64,000 nucleotides of DNA from IMG/VR virus record IMGVR_UViG_3300029585_000037, positions 29,935 through 93,934 of that record; one strand, written 5' to 3'. Below, piece by piece: positions 26,185 to 34,981 of this stretch. How positions within the stretch are numbered: the stretch's first letter is position 1; each line of letters begins with the position of its first letter. A model generated the notes under the pieces. That model was not told the DNA's origin, did no database searches, and saw nothing but the letters and a program-made list of their open reading frames with translations. Made by a program: the position numbers and the translations under genes. This stretch comes from a virus.

Positions 26185-26488
26185 TCTCAAAGAAACTGTA
26201 TTACAATTAGAAGATGCCTTAGCAGAGGCAGAAGCAATTATAGCTAAACAAAAAGAGCAATTATTGAAAAAAGATCATGAGATAAGTTTACTTAATCTTA
26301 GATTGGAAAATAATGCTAATCAAATAGCTAATCTAAATAGACAATTTGAACTTGAAGAAGCACTCTTGAAAGACCGATTGAGAAAGCGTTTTGGTTTTGG
26401 TTTAGCTTCAGGACTCAGTATAGGTGAAGAATTTAAGGTGCAACCATTTATAGGTGTAGGTGTAACATGGAATTTATTTAGGTTTTAA
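26054..26488 (+). CDS. o-spanin-like secreted or outer-membrane protein
   Basis: Signal peptide MKTIFPTLIIFLLIPFAGIC-Q with a Cys; coiled-coil middle; Gly-rich C-terminus ending WNLFRF; start embedded 131 nt inside the upstream gene. Confidence 0.4.
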   Translation: MKTIFPTLIIFLLIPFAGICQDTNIVLSQEQGVEVTKGLQQGSDLKETVLQLEDALAEAEAIIAKQKEQLLKKDHEISLLNLRLENNANQIANLNRQFELEEALLKDRLRKRFGFGLASGLSIGEEFKVQPFIGVGVTWNLFRF

Positions 26489-26721
26489 TGTCTAAGAAGC
26501 AAGATGAAATAAAGAAACAAAAGGCTAAAGAAAACAAAATCATTAAACAAAATCAAGAGATACTTAATGATATTGTTAAAACTAAGCAACAACGTCATGT
26601 CAAAGTTCAAGACGAGCCTATATTTTCAAATATTTTGAAAGATTTTAGAGTTTCATATGCTAAAACTGTAGTTATGAATTCTGCTAATGAAATACTTAAA
26701 TATGTGAGGGATGAAGTTTAG
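26488..26721 (+). CDS. hypothetical basic protein (77 aa)
   Basis: TAATG overlap with the upstream gene. Confidence 0.45.
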   Translation: MSKKQDEIKKQKAKENKIIKQNQEILNDIVKTKQQRHVKVQDEPIFSNILKDFRVSYAKTVVMNSANEILKYVRDEV

Positions 26722-27613
26722 CATGAAACAAATAAATAAAATGATAGAGATTATCCAAAAAAATCAAGCGATTTTTATTGGTTCTCAATTAGGCTTAGAG
26801 TATTTATCAGATTATCAAATACAAGTCCTTAAAACTCACGGAATAGACTTAAAAGACTTTGAAAATATATCTGATTTGGAAAAATCTTACTATTTCGGAA
26901 TGTTTGCACAAGCATTAGGTGGAACAAAATCATTTAAGGCTAAGAAAAAAGATTTTGATAAATGGTTAAAAAAGGAATTGGAAACACCTTTAAGTCCTAC
27001 AAAACAATCTGCATTAGAATATCTTAAAAATAGAACTTTTACAGATATATCTGGATTAGGTAACAAATTTTCTACAAATTTTTCTAATAGAATTTTAACA
27101 GCATCTGTAGCTAAGCAAAATAAATTACAAAAGAAGATTAAAAAGAAAACTATACAGGCTGTAAAAGATAATTCTACTGTACAAGAACTTGCTTCAGAAT
27201 TAAGAGAAATGACTGAAGATTGGGCAAGAGATTTTTCCAGAATATCAGATTATGTCTTACAAGAAGCATATGGATTTGGAAGAGCACAACAAATTATAGA
27301 AGATTATGGTGAAGATGTTTTAGTATATAAGCAGACTTTTCCAGGTGTTTGTAAACCTTGCGAAAAGAATTATGGAACACCAGGTGAAAAACCAGTAATT
27401 TATAAATTAACAGATTTATTAAAAAATGGAAATAATATAGGTCGTAAGGAACAATTACCAGTTGTAGGTAATGCACATCCTTGGGCCAGAAGTATATTGC
27501 ATCCTATACCACCTAATAGTAAATGGGATGATGAAAAGAAACAGTTTGTTTTGAAGCGTAATACTAAAGGTGTAAAACGTAAAAGCAAAGTTAAGATTAA
27601 AATAACGGAATAA
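26711..27613 (+). CDS. MuF/SPP1 gp7-like minor head protein, divergent
   Basis: C-terminal GVCKPCEKNYG...VVGNAHPWARSILHPIPP resembles the CxxC...PP(L)HPNCRC motif of the Mu F family, but the second Cys pair is replaced. Confidence 0.45.
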   Translation: MKFSMKQINKMIEIIQKNQAIFIGSQLGLEYLSDYQIQVLKTHGIDLKDFENISDLEKSYYFGMFAQALGGTKSFKAKKKDFDKWLKKELETPLSPTKQSALEYLKNRTFTDISGLGNKFSTNFSNRILTASVAKQNKLQKKIKKKTIQAVKDNSTVQELASELREMTEDWARDFSRISDYVLQEAYGFGRAQQIIEDYGEDVLVYKQTFPGVCKPCEKNYGTPGEKPVIYKLTDLLKNGNNIGRKEQLPVVGNAHPWARSILHPIPPNSKWDDEKKQFVLKRNTKGVKRKSKVKIKITE

Positions 27614-27619
27614 TTTATT

Positions 27620-28285
27620 ATGGCTAAGAAAAAACAAAAGCAAGATTTATTGCTTATCCAACCTCATTCAGATGATATAATATTTAGTGCAAGTTATTTT
27701 CTATTTAATAGAGAAAAATATGGTAAGGTTACTATGTTAACTATTGAATATGATGAAAAAAGACTTGAAGAAGATGCAAAACTTTGTGAGATGTTCGACA
27801 TGAAATTACTCACAATAAAAACAAAGGTTGATTCAAAAGGGTATCATAAAGAATATTATGCTGACCGTAAGAAAATAGATGATGATAGTGCTTGGGAATT
27901 TTGTTTATCTAAATTAGGTAAAAAGAAAATGAACAAAATGATCAATGATATTGATAGAGTATTAGACAAATATTCTGATAGAACTATTGTTACTTGCATG
28001 GGAGTTGGCCATCCTTTTCATTGGTTAATTACTCTGCTTACTTCAGAAGATGCAGACCTCTTCTACAGAGATTTTCCTCATAGTTATAAAAGACGTAATC
28101 AAGAATATCTAAAGTTAGTTCAACAAGAAAATTTTAAACCTAATTTTGAATTTTTTGATAAAGAATTACATGATAAGAAGTTTGATATTGTAAAACAAAT
28201 TTACAAGTCTCAATCATCCTTATTATTCTTTGAGAAACGATACATTGAGAAATTACTACCAGAAGAGTTTTATGAAAAAAGATAA
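27620..28285 (+). CDS. PIG-L/LmbE-like deacetylase, putative
   Basis: N-terminal LLLIQPHSDDIIFSASYF matches the (A/P)HPDD strand-loop pattern; later VGHPFHW could supply the second His ligand. Confidence 0.45.
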   Translation: MAKKKQKQDLLLIQPHSDDIIFSASYFLFNREKYGKVTMLTIEYDEKRLEEDAKLCEMFDMKLLTIKTKVDSKGYHKEYYADRKKIDDDSAWEFCLSKLGKKKMNKMINDIDRVLDKYSDRTIVTCMGVGHPFHWLITLLTSEDADLFYRDFPHSYKRRNQEYLKLVQQENFKPNFEFFDKELHDKKFDIVKQIYKSQSSLLFFEKRYIEKLLPEEFYEKR

Positions 28286-29699
28286 AAAATTAAAAATACG
28301 CATTTGTACATTCGATATTGCTAAATATGGAGGTATAGTGCAGAATGTAGAAAGTCGTGTGAAGGCTTTTAAGGAATTAGGTCATGATGTAGATATAATA
28401 TTTCTTACATATTCTAAGACCTTAGCTCAATCTCAATATGAGCGTAAATTAGCAAGTTTAGAAAGTGGTGAATTTCAAGCTACAAAAGATAATAAAAGCC
28501 AATATGGTGGATATACTAAGTCTGAGATAACAGGATATTGGAGAAATTCTTATTATGGTTGGTTATTGCCACCTGAGACTAACAGAATACCAGTATTTCA
28601 TGAAGATGCCTTAGAAATGTGGCATAATGCTGTAGATGATGCTGATTTATTATTTTGGAGTTTTATGCCTACAAAAACTAAAGAAGCAAAAGGATTTGAT
28701 TTTTGGCCAAAATTCTTTGATTTACCTAAGTCTATAAGACAAGTCATGGCAGTTCATGATGGTTATTTTGATATAAGAAGTTCTTGGGTAAGATATTTAG
28801 CTAAAAAGATAACTTACTTAGATTGCGTACATGTATCTGCTTATAATTCTGTTCAGAATGTGAAGATACCAAGATATTTGAATTTTGCAAGTAGATATAT
28901 ACCAGATAATTTTCCATATAAGGATATAAATGATAGACCAGTAGATTTTTTTGCTGCTCATGTATTTAAGTCTATGAAGAAAATGGAAGATATATTAGCA
29001 TTAACACCTTATTTAGAAGATAGCACTGTTTGGATAGGTGGTTCTGGTATAGAATTATACTATATGATGGCTAAAGATGATGTTAAGCCTAAATATACTG
29101 TTTCTGAAAAGACTGATCCAGATTGTAAAAAGAAACATATTGGAATGAGTCTGTGGGATAGGGCAGTAAAGTATGGTATGGAACACATGGGTTTCATGTC
29201 TAATGAAGATGTTTATTTCACCTTACAAAATGCAAAATTTGCAATAGACCCAAGTTTTAGTAAACATTATGCTCAGTATTCTAATACGCATTTAAATGGC
29301 TTTACGATAGAAGCAATAATAAATGGTTGCTATCCTGTATTACGTGATACTACTGGTTTAGTACCACCTGCAGTAGAAATAGATGATATTATATACGATG
29401 AGTTAAAAGCTATATATGTCCCATGGGATGCTACTCCTAAAGAATTTGCTAAAATATTGAATAAGGCTAAAAATATGTCATCTAAGAAATACAAAAAGGA
29501 TGTAAAACATAATTTTGAATTAGCTAAGAGATTATTTGATCCAAACAAAAATATGCAATCAGTCATAGACATAGCATTTTCAAAAAAGAAATTAAAGAAA
29601 CTTAAAAAAGGTGAAAATTCAGACAAAGTAATCAAAGACAGTGAAAAGGTAATGACTGAATTTTTCAATTGTCAAGTTCCAATAATTTGGAGTGAATAA
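28272..29699 (+). CDS. GT-B fold glycosyltransferase (GT4-like)
   Basis: ATG at 28272 overlaps the upstream stop; N-terminal KIRICTFDIAKYGGIVQNVESRVKAFKELGHDVDIIFL; C-terminal NGFTIEAIINGCYPVL resembles the f(g)xxxlEAmaxGxPV motif. Confidence 0.6.
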   Translation: MKKDKKLKIRICTFDIAKYGGIVQNVESRVKAFKELGHDVDIIFLTYSKTLAQSQYERKLASLESGEFQATKDNKSQYGGYTKSEITGYWRNSYYGWLLPPETNRIPVFHEDALEMWHNAVDDADLLFWSFMPTKTKEAKGFDFWPKFFDLPKSIRQVMAVHDGYFDIRSSWVRYLAKKITYLDCVHVSAYNSVQNVKIPRYLNFASRYIPDNFPYKDINDRPVDFFAAHVFKSMKKMEDILALTPYLEDSTVWIGGSGIELYYMMAKDDVKPKYTVSEKTDPDCKKKHIGMSLWDRAVKYGMEHMGFMSNEDVYFTLQNAKFAIDPSFSKHYAQYSNTHLNGFTIEAIINGCYPVLRDTTGLVPPAVEIDDIIYDELKAIYVPWDATPKEFAKILNKAKNMSSKKYKKDVKHNFELAKRLFDPNKNMQSVIDIAFSKKKLKKLKKGENSDKVIKDSEKVMTEFFNCQVPIIWSE

Positions 29700-29706
29700 T
29701 TTTTCT

Positions 29707-29716
29707 ACAGCTATTA
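29707..29716 (+). promoter_or_regulatory. class B intergenic motif ACAGCTATTA
   Basis: Intergenic copy 31 nt upstream of ATG 29747. Confidence 0.35.
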
Positions 29717-29746
29717 TTTGGGTAAATAAATTTATTTTACCTGAAT

Positions 29747-31225
29747 ATGAAAACATCTGAAGAATTAGACAACATATTGACCAAAGCAAGGCAAGTTGGA
29801 GATACAAAAGTAGGTAAAGACGGACAAACGAGATACTGGACAGAAATTAAACCAGGCAAATTCGACTGGAGAAAAACACCTCCAAAAGGCATGAAGTCTC
29901 AGAGTTCAGAAGAGCCTAAAAAACAAACTAAGTACGATAAATTAAAAAGTCATCTGAAGAATACCACTTCAGATAAATTACGTAAATTCGCATCTGGAGA
30001 CCGAAATGATCCAAATTTGAGACAATATGCTTTTGATGAATTAAAATCAAGAGGTGAAGATGTTTCAGACATAGATTTGAATACTGGTAATTATGGAGCT
30101 TTAAAGGAAGCATTTAAAACAGATGACAACGTTGAAGACTTTAATCCAGAAGCAACAGGTGATGTAGAATTAGTAGATGATTGGAAAGATCCAGAATTCA
30201 TTAAAAAGAATTTCGGTAATTTAAAGACTAAGCAACAGCGTATAGAATACGATGATTTTGCTTATAAACAAAAAATCAATAGTCCAAGATATAAATCACC
30301 ACAAAAAGAGATACATTCATTAAATAAAATGTATGCTCAATTCTTAGGTTCAAAATCACCATTAATGATTGCGTCTGGTGGTGCAGGTGTAGGTAAAACT
30401 TATAATTTACATCTTGTAGCTAAGGCTATGAAGATGGAACAATTTGATCCTGCAAAACATACTGCTGTTAATCCAACTTTTGCTGAAAAAATAGAAGAGG
30501 GTGAAGAAGATTATTATGACGAGCCAAATACGAGTTATGATTATGTTGAAGTGCCTGAAGTAAAGTCCCCACTACAGTTAGTACAATTACTTAAAGAACA
30601 TAATGGTAAAACATTAGTGTTTGATGATACAGACAATATACTTAAAGACCCAGACTCATTAGGTATAATGAAGAAAGCTACTGCATCATCTGGAAAACGT
30701 ATAGTTGGTAAGAAGTCTTCAAATGAAAAGACAAATATTGACCCATTTGAATTTACTGGTAAAATTCTATTCCTATCTAATATGGGTCAACATGAATTTA
30801 CAAAAAATGAACATCTTAATGCTATTTATTCAAGAGCATTGAAAAAAGATATTTATTTCACAAAACAAGAACAACTTCATTTTATAGATAAGTTAAAACA
30901 TAAATTTGAATTCACTGGTATTCCAAGACTTGAAGACAAAGAAGAGGATATCAAAGAACGTGAAGAAGTATTTAACTTATTAAAAGATAACATAGACGCT
31001 ATTGATCCAGGCAAATTTAATGTTAGATCAATGAAAGAAGCATTAGAAGTTAAACGTGCTAATGATAATGCTATACAAATAACAAAAGATAATCCAGTAA
31101 TTGGAGAAATGTTATTCGGTAACACAGAAGAGGACTGGAAAGAAGATGTTATAGATTTCTTGGTTAAAGGCTATGTTCCTAAGCAGCAAAAAATCAGCAA
31201 GGCGATGCGTTCAAGCATATTGTAA
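29747..31225 (+). CDS. P-loop (AAA+-like) NTPase with an N-terminal module shared with ORF 13161
   Basis: Walker A ASGGAGVGKTYN; Walker B TLVFDDTD; sensor-1-like ILFLSNM; N-terminal MKTSEELDNILTKARQVGDTKVGKDGQTRYWT. Confidence 0.7.
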   Translation: MKTSEELDNILTKARQVGDTKVGKDGQTRYWTEIKPGKFDWRKTPPKGMKSQSSEEPKKQTKYDKLKSHLKNTTSDKLRKFASGDRNDPNLRQYAFDELKSRGEDVSDIDLNTGNYGALKEAFKTDDNVEDFNPEATGDVELVDDWKDPEFIKKNFGNLKTKQQRIEYDDFAYKQKINSPRYKSPQKEIHSLNKMYAQFLGSKSPLMIASGGAGVGKTYNLHLVAKAMKMEQFDPAKHTAVNPTFAEKIEEGEEDYYDEPNTSYDYVEVPEVKSPLQLVQLLKEHNGKTLVFDDTDNILKDPDSLGIMKKATASSGKRIVGKKSSNEKTNIDPFEFTGKILFLSNMGQHEFTKNEHLNAIYSRALKKDIYFTKQEQLHFIDKLKHKFEFTGIPRLEDKEEDIKEREEVFNLLKDNIDAIDPGKFNVRSMKEALEVKRANDNAIQITKDNPVIGEMLFGNTEEDWKEDVIDFLVKGYVPKQQKISKAMRSSIL

Positions 31226-31228
31226 TTT

Positions 31229-31238
31229 ACAGTTATAA
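31229..31238 (+). promoter_or_regulatory. class B intergenic motif variant ACAGTTATAA
   Basis: Intergenic copy upstream of ATG 31262. Confidence 0.3.
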
Positions 31239-31261
31239 TTTTAACATATTATATTTAACAA

Positions 31262-32812
31262 ATGAGTAAATTCAAATTTTATACACCAGTCGAAATTCGT
31301 AAGGCTAAAGATAAGGATGGAAATCATATCATGCGTCTTGGTGGAATAGCATCTACAATGGATGAAGACTCAGATGGTGAATTCTTAGACCCATCTGGAT
31401 TTGAAATAACAGAATTTGAAACTGTTGGTGTAGTTAATTGGCATCATCAGGCAAAAGATAAGCCTTCAACAATAATTGGTGAACCAGCAGTAGCTGAGAT
31501 ACGTAAAGATGGTTTCTATGTAGAGACAGATTTATATCCATCTTCAGCAACAGCTCAAGAAGTATATGAATTAGCTGAAGTGCTTGAAAGAGATAGTAAG
31601 ACCAGAAGATTAGGATATTCAATTGAAGGAGTGGTATTAGAACGTGCGAGTGATGATAAAACTCATCCTGATTATAAGATAGTTAAGAAAGCTCAAATAA
31701 CTGGTTTAGCTATCACACATATGCCTAAGAATGCTAATACTTTTGCACAAATAATCAAAGGTCATGTAGATAATATAGATTGTTGTGATGAGGATGAAGA
31801 AGATACTGAAAAATCATTATCTACAGAGTCAGGAGCAGCTTTAATGCCTGAATCAGTTGATGGTTCTAAAAAGAAAAAAGACATAGATAATGTTAAGTTA
31901 GTTAAGTCTAATTATAATGTTGTCCAATTATCTGAAAAATTAATGTATAAGAGGATTTTCGATACATTTTCAGATATTAACATACAGAAAGCAAAGAAAA
32001 TCTTTACATTTTTAACTAAAATTAATGACGTTATGGCAAAAAATAAGGTATCAGATGCCGATTTACAGAAAGCTATGTCATACTTTGGGTTTGAAGATAA
32101 TGACCAAAATCCGTTTTTGGAAAAGTCTGATAAGTCAGAGGACAAATCACCAGATGAAATTGCTGACGAAGTCGAGCAAATGACTTATGGCGATGACAAC
32201 AATGACAAAGATAGCGAAGACAAAGAAGATGATAACGTAGAAAAAGGTCAATCATCTTCTGAAGACGACAAGAAAATTGCTAAAAGTAAAGATAATACTG
32301 AACTTGATAATTTATCAAAAGGTACAGTACTTATCTTGAAGAAAGCAATAGAGAAAGCTCAAACCAGTAATTCTACTGAGAATAAGGCTTTAGCTACACT
32401 TGTAAAAGCTCAGTTAGACCAAAATGAAATCTTAAAATCTAAGGTAGAAAGTTTAAGTGAAGTTGTTGAATCACAACAAGAACTTATTAAAGGTCAACAA
32501 GAGACCATATCTTCTATCTCATCTAAGATGGAAAGAATGGGAAGAGCACCACGAGCAAGAAAATCTATTACGAAAGGGTACACTGAAAAAGAGTCATTCC
32601 AGAAAGGTAAACAAGCACCTCAAGGGAATGTTCTATCTATGACTAAGAATTATGGACAAGTTCTTGAAGTATTAGATGCAGCATCTATGAGTAAGGGTGG
32701 TTATGATGAAGAATTTGGAAAGGCTGTTATGTCTTTTGAATCTTCTAAAACATTACCATCTAATGTTATTGCTCGATTAAAAACAGAAAAAGGATTAGTA
32801 ATTGTAGATTAA
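31262..32812 (+). CDS. prohead protease (HK97/S78-like) fused to a scaffold-like C-terminal region
   Basis: N-terminal RLGGIASTMDEDSDGEFLD...VVNWHHQ...LGYSIEG pattern of prohead proteases; acidic linker and coiled-coil C-terminus; directly upstream of the major capsid gene. Confidence 0.6.
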   Translation: MSKFKFYTPVEIRKAKDKDGNHIMRLGGIASTMDEDSDGEFLDPSGFEITEFETVGVVNWHHQAKDKPSTIIGEPAVAEIRKDGFYVETDLYPSSATAQEVYELAEVLERDSKTRRLGYSIEGVVLERASDDKTHPDYKIVKKAQITGLAITHMPKNANTFAQIIKGHVDNIDCCDEDEEDTEKSLSTESGAALMPESVDGSKKKKDIDNVKLVKSNYNVVQLSEKLMYKRIFDTFSDINIQKAKKIFTFLTKINDVMAKNKVSDADLQKAMSYFGFEDNDQNPFLEKSDKSEDKSPDEIADEVEQMTYGDDNNDKDSEDKEDDNVEKGQSSSEDDKKIAKSKDNTELDNLSKGTVLILKKAIEKAQTSNSTENKALATLVKAQLDQNEILKSKVESLSEVVESQQELIKGQQETISSISSKMERMGRAPRARKSITKGYTEKESFQKGKQAPQGNVLSMTKNYGQVLEVLDAASMSKGGYDEEFGKAVMSFESSKTLPSNVIARLKTEKGLVIVD

Positions 32813-32821
32813 CAGTTATTA
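32812..32821 (+). promoter_or_regulatory. class B intergenic motif ACAGTTATTA
   Basis: Overlaps stop TAA of the protease gene, 44 nt upstream of the capsid ATG. Confidence 0.4.
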
Positions 32822-32864
32822 ATTGTTTGTAAAATGAATATATTAACAATAAAAACGATTTAAT

Positions 32865-34358
32865 ATGACACCAGGATTAAATTTAGCCGATTATGCTAAA
32901 CAAGCCGTGAATAACGGACAGTCGCAGTTGATCGGTGGTTCGTCTATGCAAGAATTGAACCAATTAAACAAAGCGTTGGAAGCTGGGCAAATCACTGGCC
33001 GTGAGACTACTGATTTATCCACTGCTTCTGGTGCTCCTTTGAAAGTTGAGAGTCTTGACAAGACCTTAAAACATTTGACTTTCAAGGAAAGTGACATTGT
33101 ACTTTGGAAAAACATTCCAAAGAAGTCTGCCTATAACACTGTAGAAGAGTACAACCAATTAGTTGATTACGGTCAACAAAGAGGTGGTTTCTACAATGAA
33201 GGTGAATTACCTAATGAAGAGGACTCAACGTATGTAAGACGTGCTCAGTTAGTTAAGTTTATGGGAGTAGTGAAGTCTGTGACTCACCCTATGACCTTAG
33301 TTAACACGCATGTTGGAAATGCTATTGAGCGTGAAGTTAAGAATGGAACTATGTGGATTTTACGCCAATTGAACCGTTCTTTATACTTTGGTGATGAAAC
33401 TCTTGTACCTCAAGAATTTAATGGCTTTTTAGCTCAACATCAAAAGAACTCTGGTTATACAGACCTTGATGCCTACTTCAATTCAGAAGTTGTAATAGAC
33501 CTTAGAGGTCAGGCACTTTCAGAAGATGCTATTGAAGATGCAGCGAATGGAATTGTACAAAACTTTGGTTTAGGTACTCAATTATTTGCTCCACCAAAAG
33601 TATTATCTGATTTTGTTAAGAATTTCTATGGTAATAAATTTATCAATCCTAATACTAATCAGACTTCTGCTGGTATTATGGGTCAAAGAGTTCAAGCCTT
33701 TGATTCTCAATTCGGTAGAATTGGTTTAAATTGGGATATATTCTTTAACAAAAAAGCACCTAAGCGTTCTACTGCTGGTTCTACTTCACCTATGGCACCT
33801 CAGCCTGTAGTTACTGGAGCAGTTACGCCAGTTGGAGTAGATGCTTCATCTGCTTGGAATGCTGATGATGCTGCTGATTATATCTATGCTGTTTCTGCTG
33901 TTAATAGATATGGAGAAAGTTCTTTAACAATACTTGGAGGTGGAAACCCTGCTACTGTTGTAGCTGGTGGTTCAGTAGATTTAGCCTTTACAGATGGTGG
34001 AGGTATCAATCCTGCAACAGCTTACCAAGTATATCGTTCAAATAAGAATGCTGCTACTGCTGCAGCTGCTACTTTCTATCCTGTTTATACAGTTTCTAAA
34101 CAAGAACAAGTAGATGGGTATGATGGTGCTGCTGCTGGAACTGTGCGTGATCGTAACAGATGGATGCCAGACTCTGATCAAGCTATCCTTTTCCAAATGG
34201 ACAATGAAGTAATTGAATTTGCTCAACTTGCTCCACTTATGAAAATGGATTTAGCTATCTTATCACCAGCGTATAGATTTATGGTACTATTATATGGTAC
34301 TCCTTTCTTATATGCTCCTAAAAAGATGGTTAGAATAGTAAACATCGGTAAACTTTAG
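32865..34358 (+). CDS. major capsid protein
   Basis: 497 aa directly after the protease/scaffold gene; visibly higher GC and biased codons; has its own upstream motif and a strong terminator; Ala/Gly/Thr-rich. Confidence 0.75.
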   Translation: MTPGLNLADYAKQAVNNGQSQLIGGSSMQELNQLNKALEAGQITGRETTDLSTASGAPLKVESLDKTLKHLTFKESDIVLWKNIPKKSAYNTVEEYNQLVDYGQQRGGFYNEGELPNEEDSTYVRRAQLVKFMGVVKSVTHPMTLVNTHVGNAIEREVKNGTMWILRQLNRSLYFGDETLVPQEFNGFLAQHQKNSGYTDLDAYFNSEVVIDLRGQALSEDAIEDAANGIVQNFGLGTQLFAPPKVLSDFVKNFYGNKFINPNTNQTSAGIMGQRVQAFDSQFGRIGLNWDIFFNKKAPKRSTAGSTSPMAPQPVVTGAVTPVGVDASSAWNADDAADYIYAVSAVNRYGESSLTILGGGNPATVVAGGSVDLAFTDGGGINPATAYQVYRSNKNAATAAAATFYPVYTVSKQEQVDGYDGAAAGTVRDRNRWMPDSDQAILFQMDNEVIEFAQLAPLMKMDLAILSPAYRFMVLLYGTPFLYAPKKMVRIVNIGKL

Positions 34359-34383
34359 TAAGTAACAACTATTAGAAATCTTG

Positions 34384-34418
34384 AAGGGTGGTAGGCGTGT
34401 GTTCTCCACCCTTTTTTT
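34384..34418 (+). terminator. rho-independent terminator
   Basis: AAGGGTGG (34384-34391) pairs with CCACCCTT (34406-34413), then T7. Confidence 0.8.
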
Positions 34419-34448
34419 AGTTAATATTAACAATTAAAACCGTAAATT

Positions 34449-34973
34449 ATGTCAAAAAAAGTAAAAATAGTGTCTAAAAACAAAGCACTATATGGCAAGT
34501 CTGTAACCATCCCATTTGATGGTACAGTAGAAGTTGCTGAAGATGGAACAATAGAAGTTTCTGAAAAAGCAGCAGAAATCTTAATGTCTAATTCAAGTAA
34601 TTATAATTATCCTGAGTCTGAAGACGAAGATGATAATGATGATATCGATGATCAAGATTTAGACGATACAGAAGAGGATGAAGATGAAGACTTAGATGAG
34701 GATGAAACAGATGGAGACAATGACGAAGAGGATGAGTCTGAGGAAGATGATTTAGATGAAGACGAAGACGAAGACGATGAGTCTGAGGAAGATGAAGATG
34801 AGTCTGAAGAGGATGACGAAGAGTCTGATGTACTAACTGAAGAAGAGTTAAAAGGTTTGAAACTTTCAGAGATGAAAGATATGGCTAATGAAGCAGGATA
34901 CCCTGAAAAAGAGTATGCTAAATTCAACACTAAAAAAGCTATGATAAAGTATCTTTTGAAAAAGTCTAAATAA
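34449..34973 (+). CDS. poly-acidic protein (174 aa)
   Basis: Central tract of about 85 aa that is almost pure D/E (EDEDDNDDIDDQDLDDTEEDEDEDLDEDETDGDNDEEDESEEDD...), flanked by short ordinary termini. Confidence 0.65.
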   Translation: MSKKVKIVSKNKALYGKSVTIPFDGTVEVAEDGTIEVSEKAAEILMSNSSNYNYPESEDEDDNDDIDDQDLDDTEEDEDEDLDEDETDGDNDEEDESEEDDLDEDEDEDDESEEDEDESEEDDEESDVLTEEELKGLKLSEMKDMANEAGYPEKEYAKFNTKKAMIKYLLKKSK

Positions 34974-34981
34974 TTTTACAG

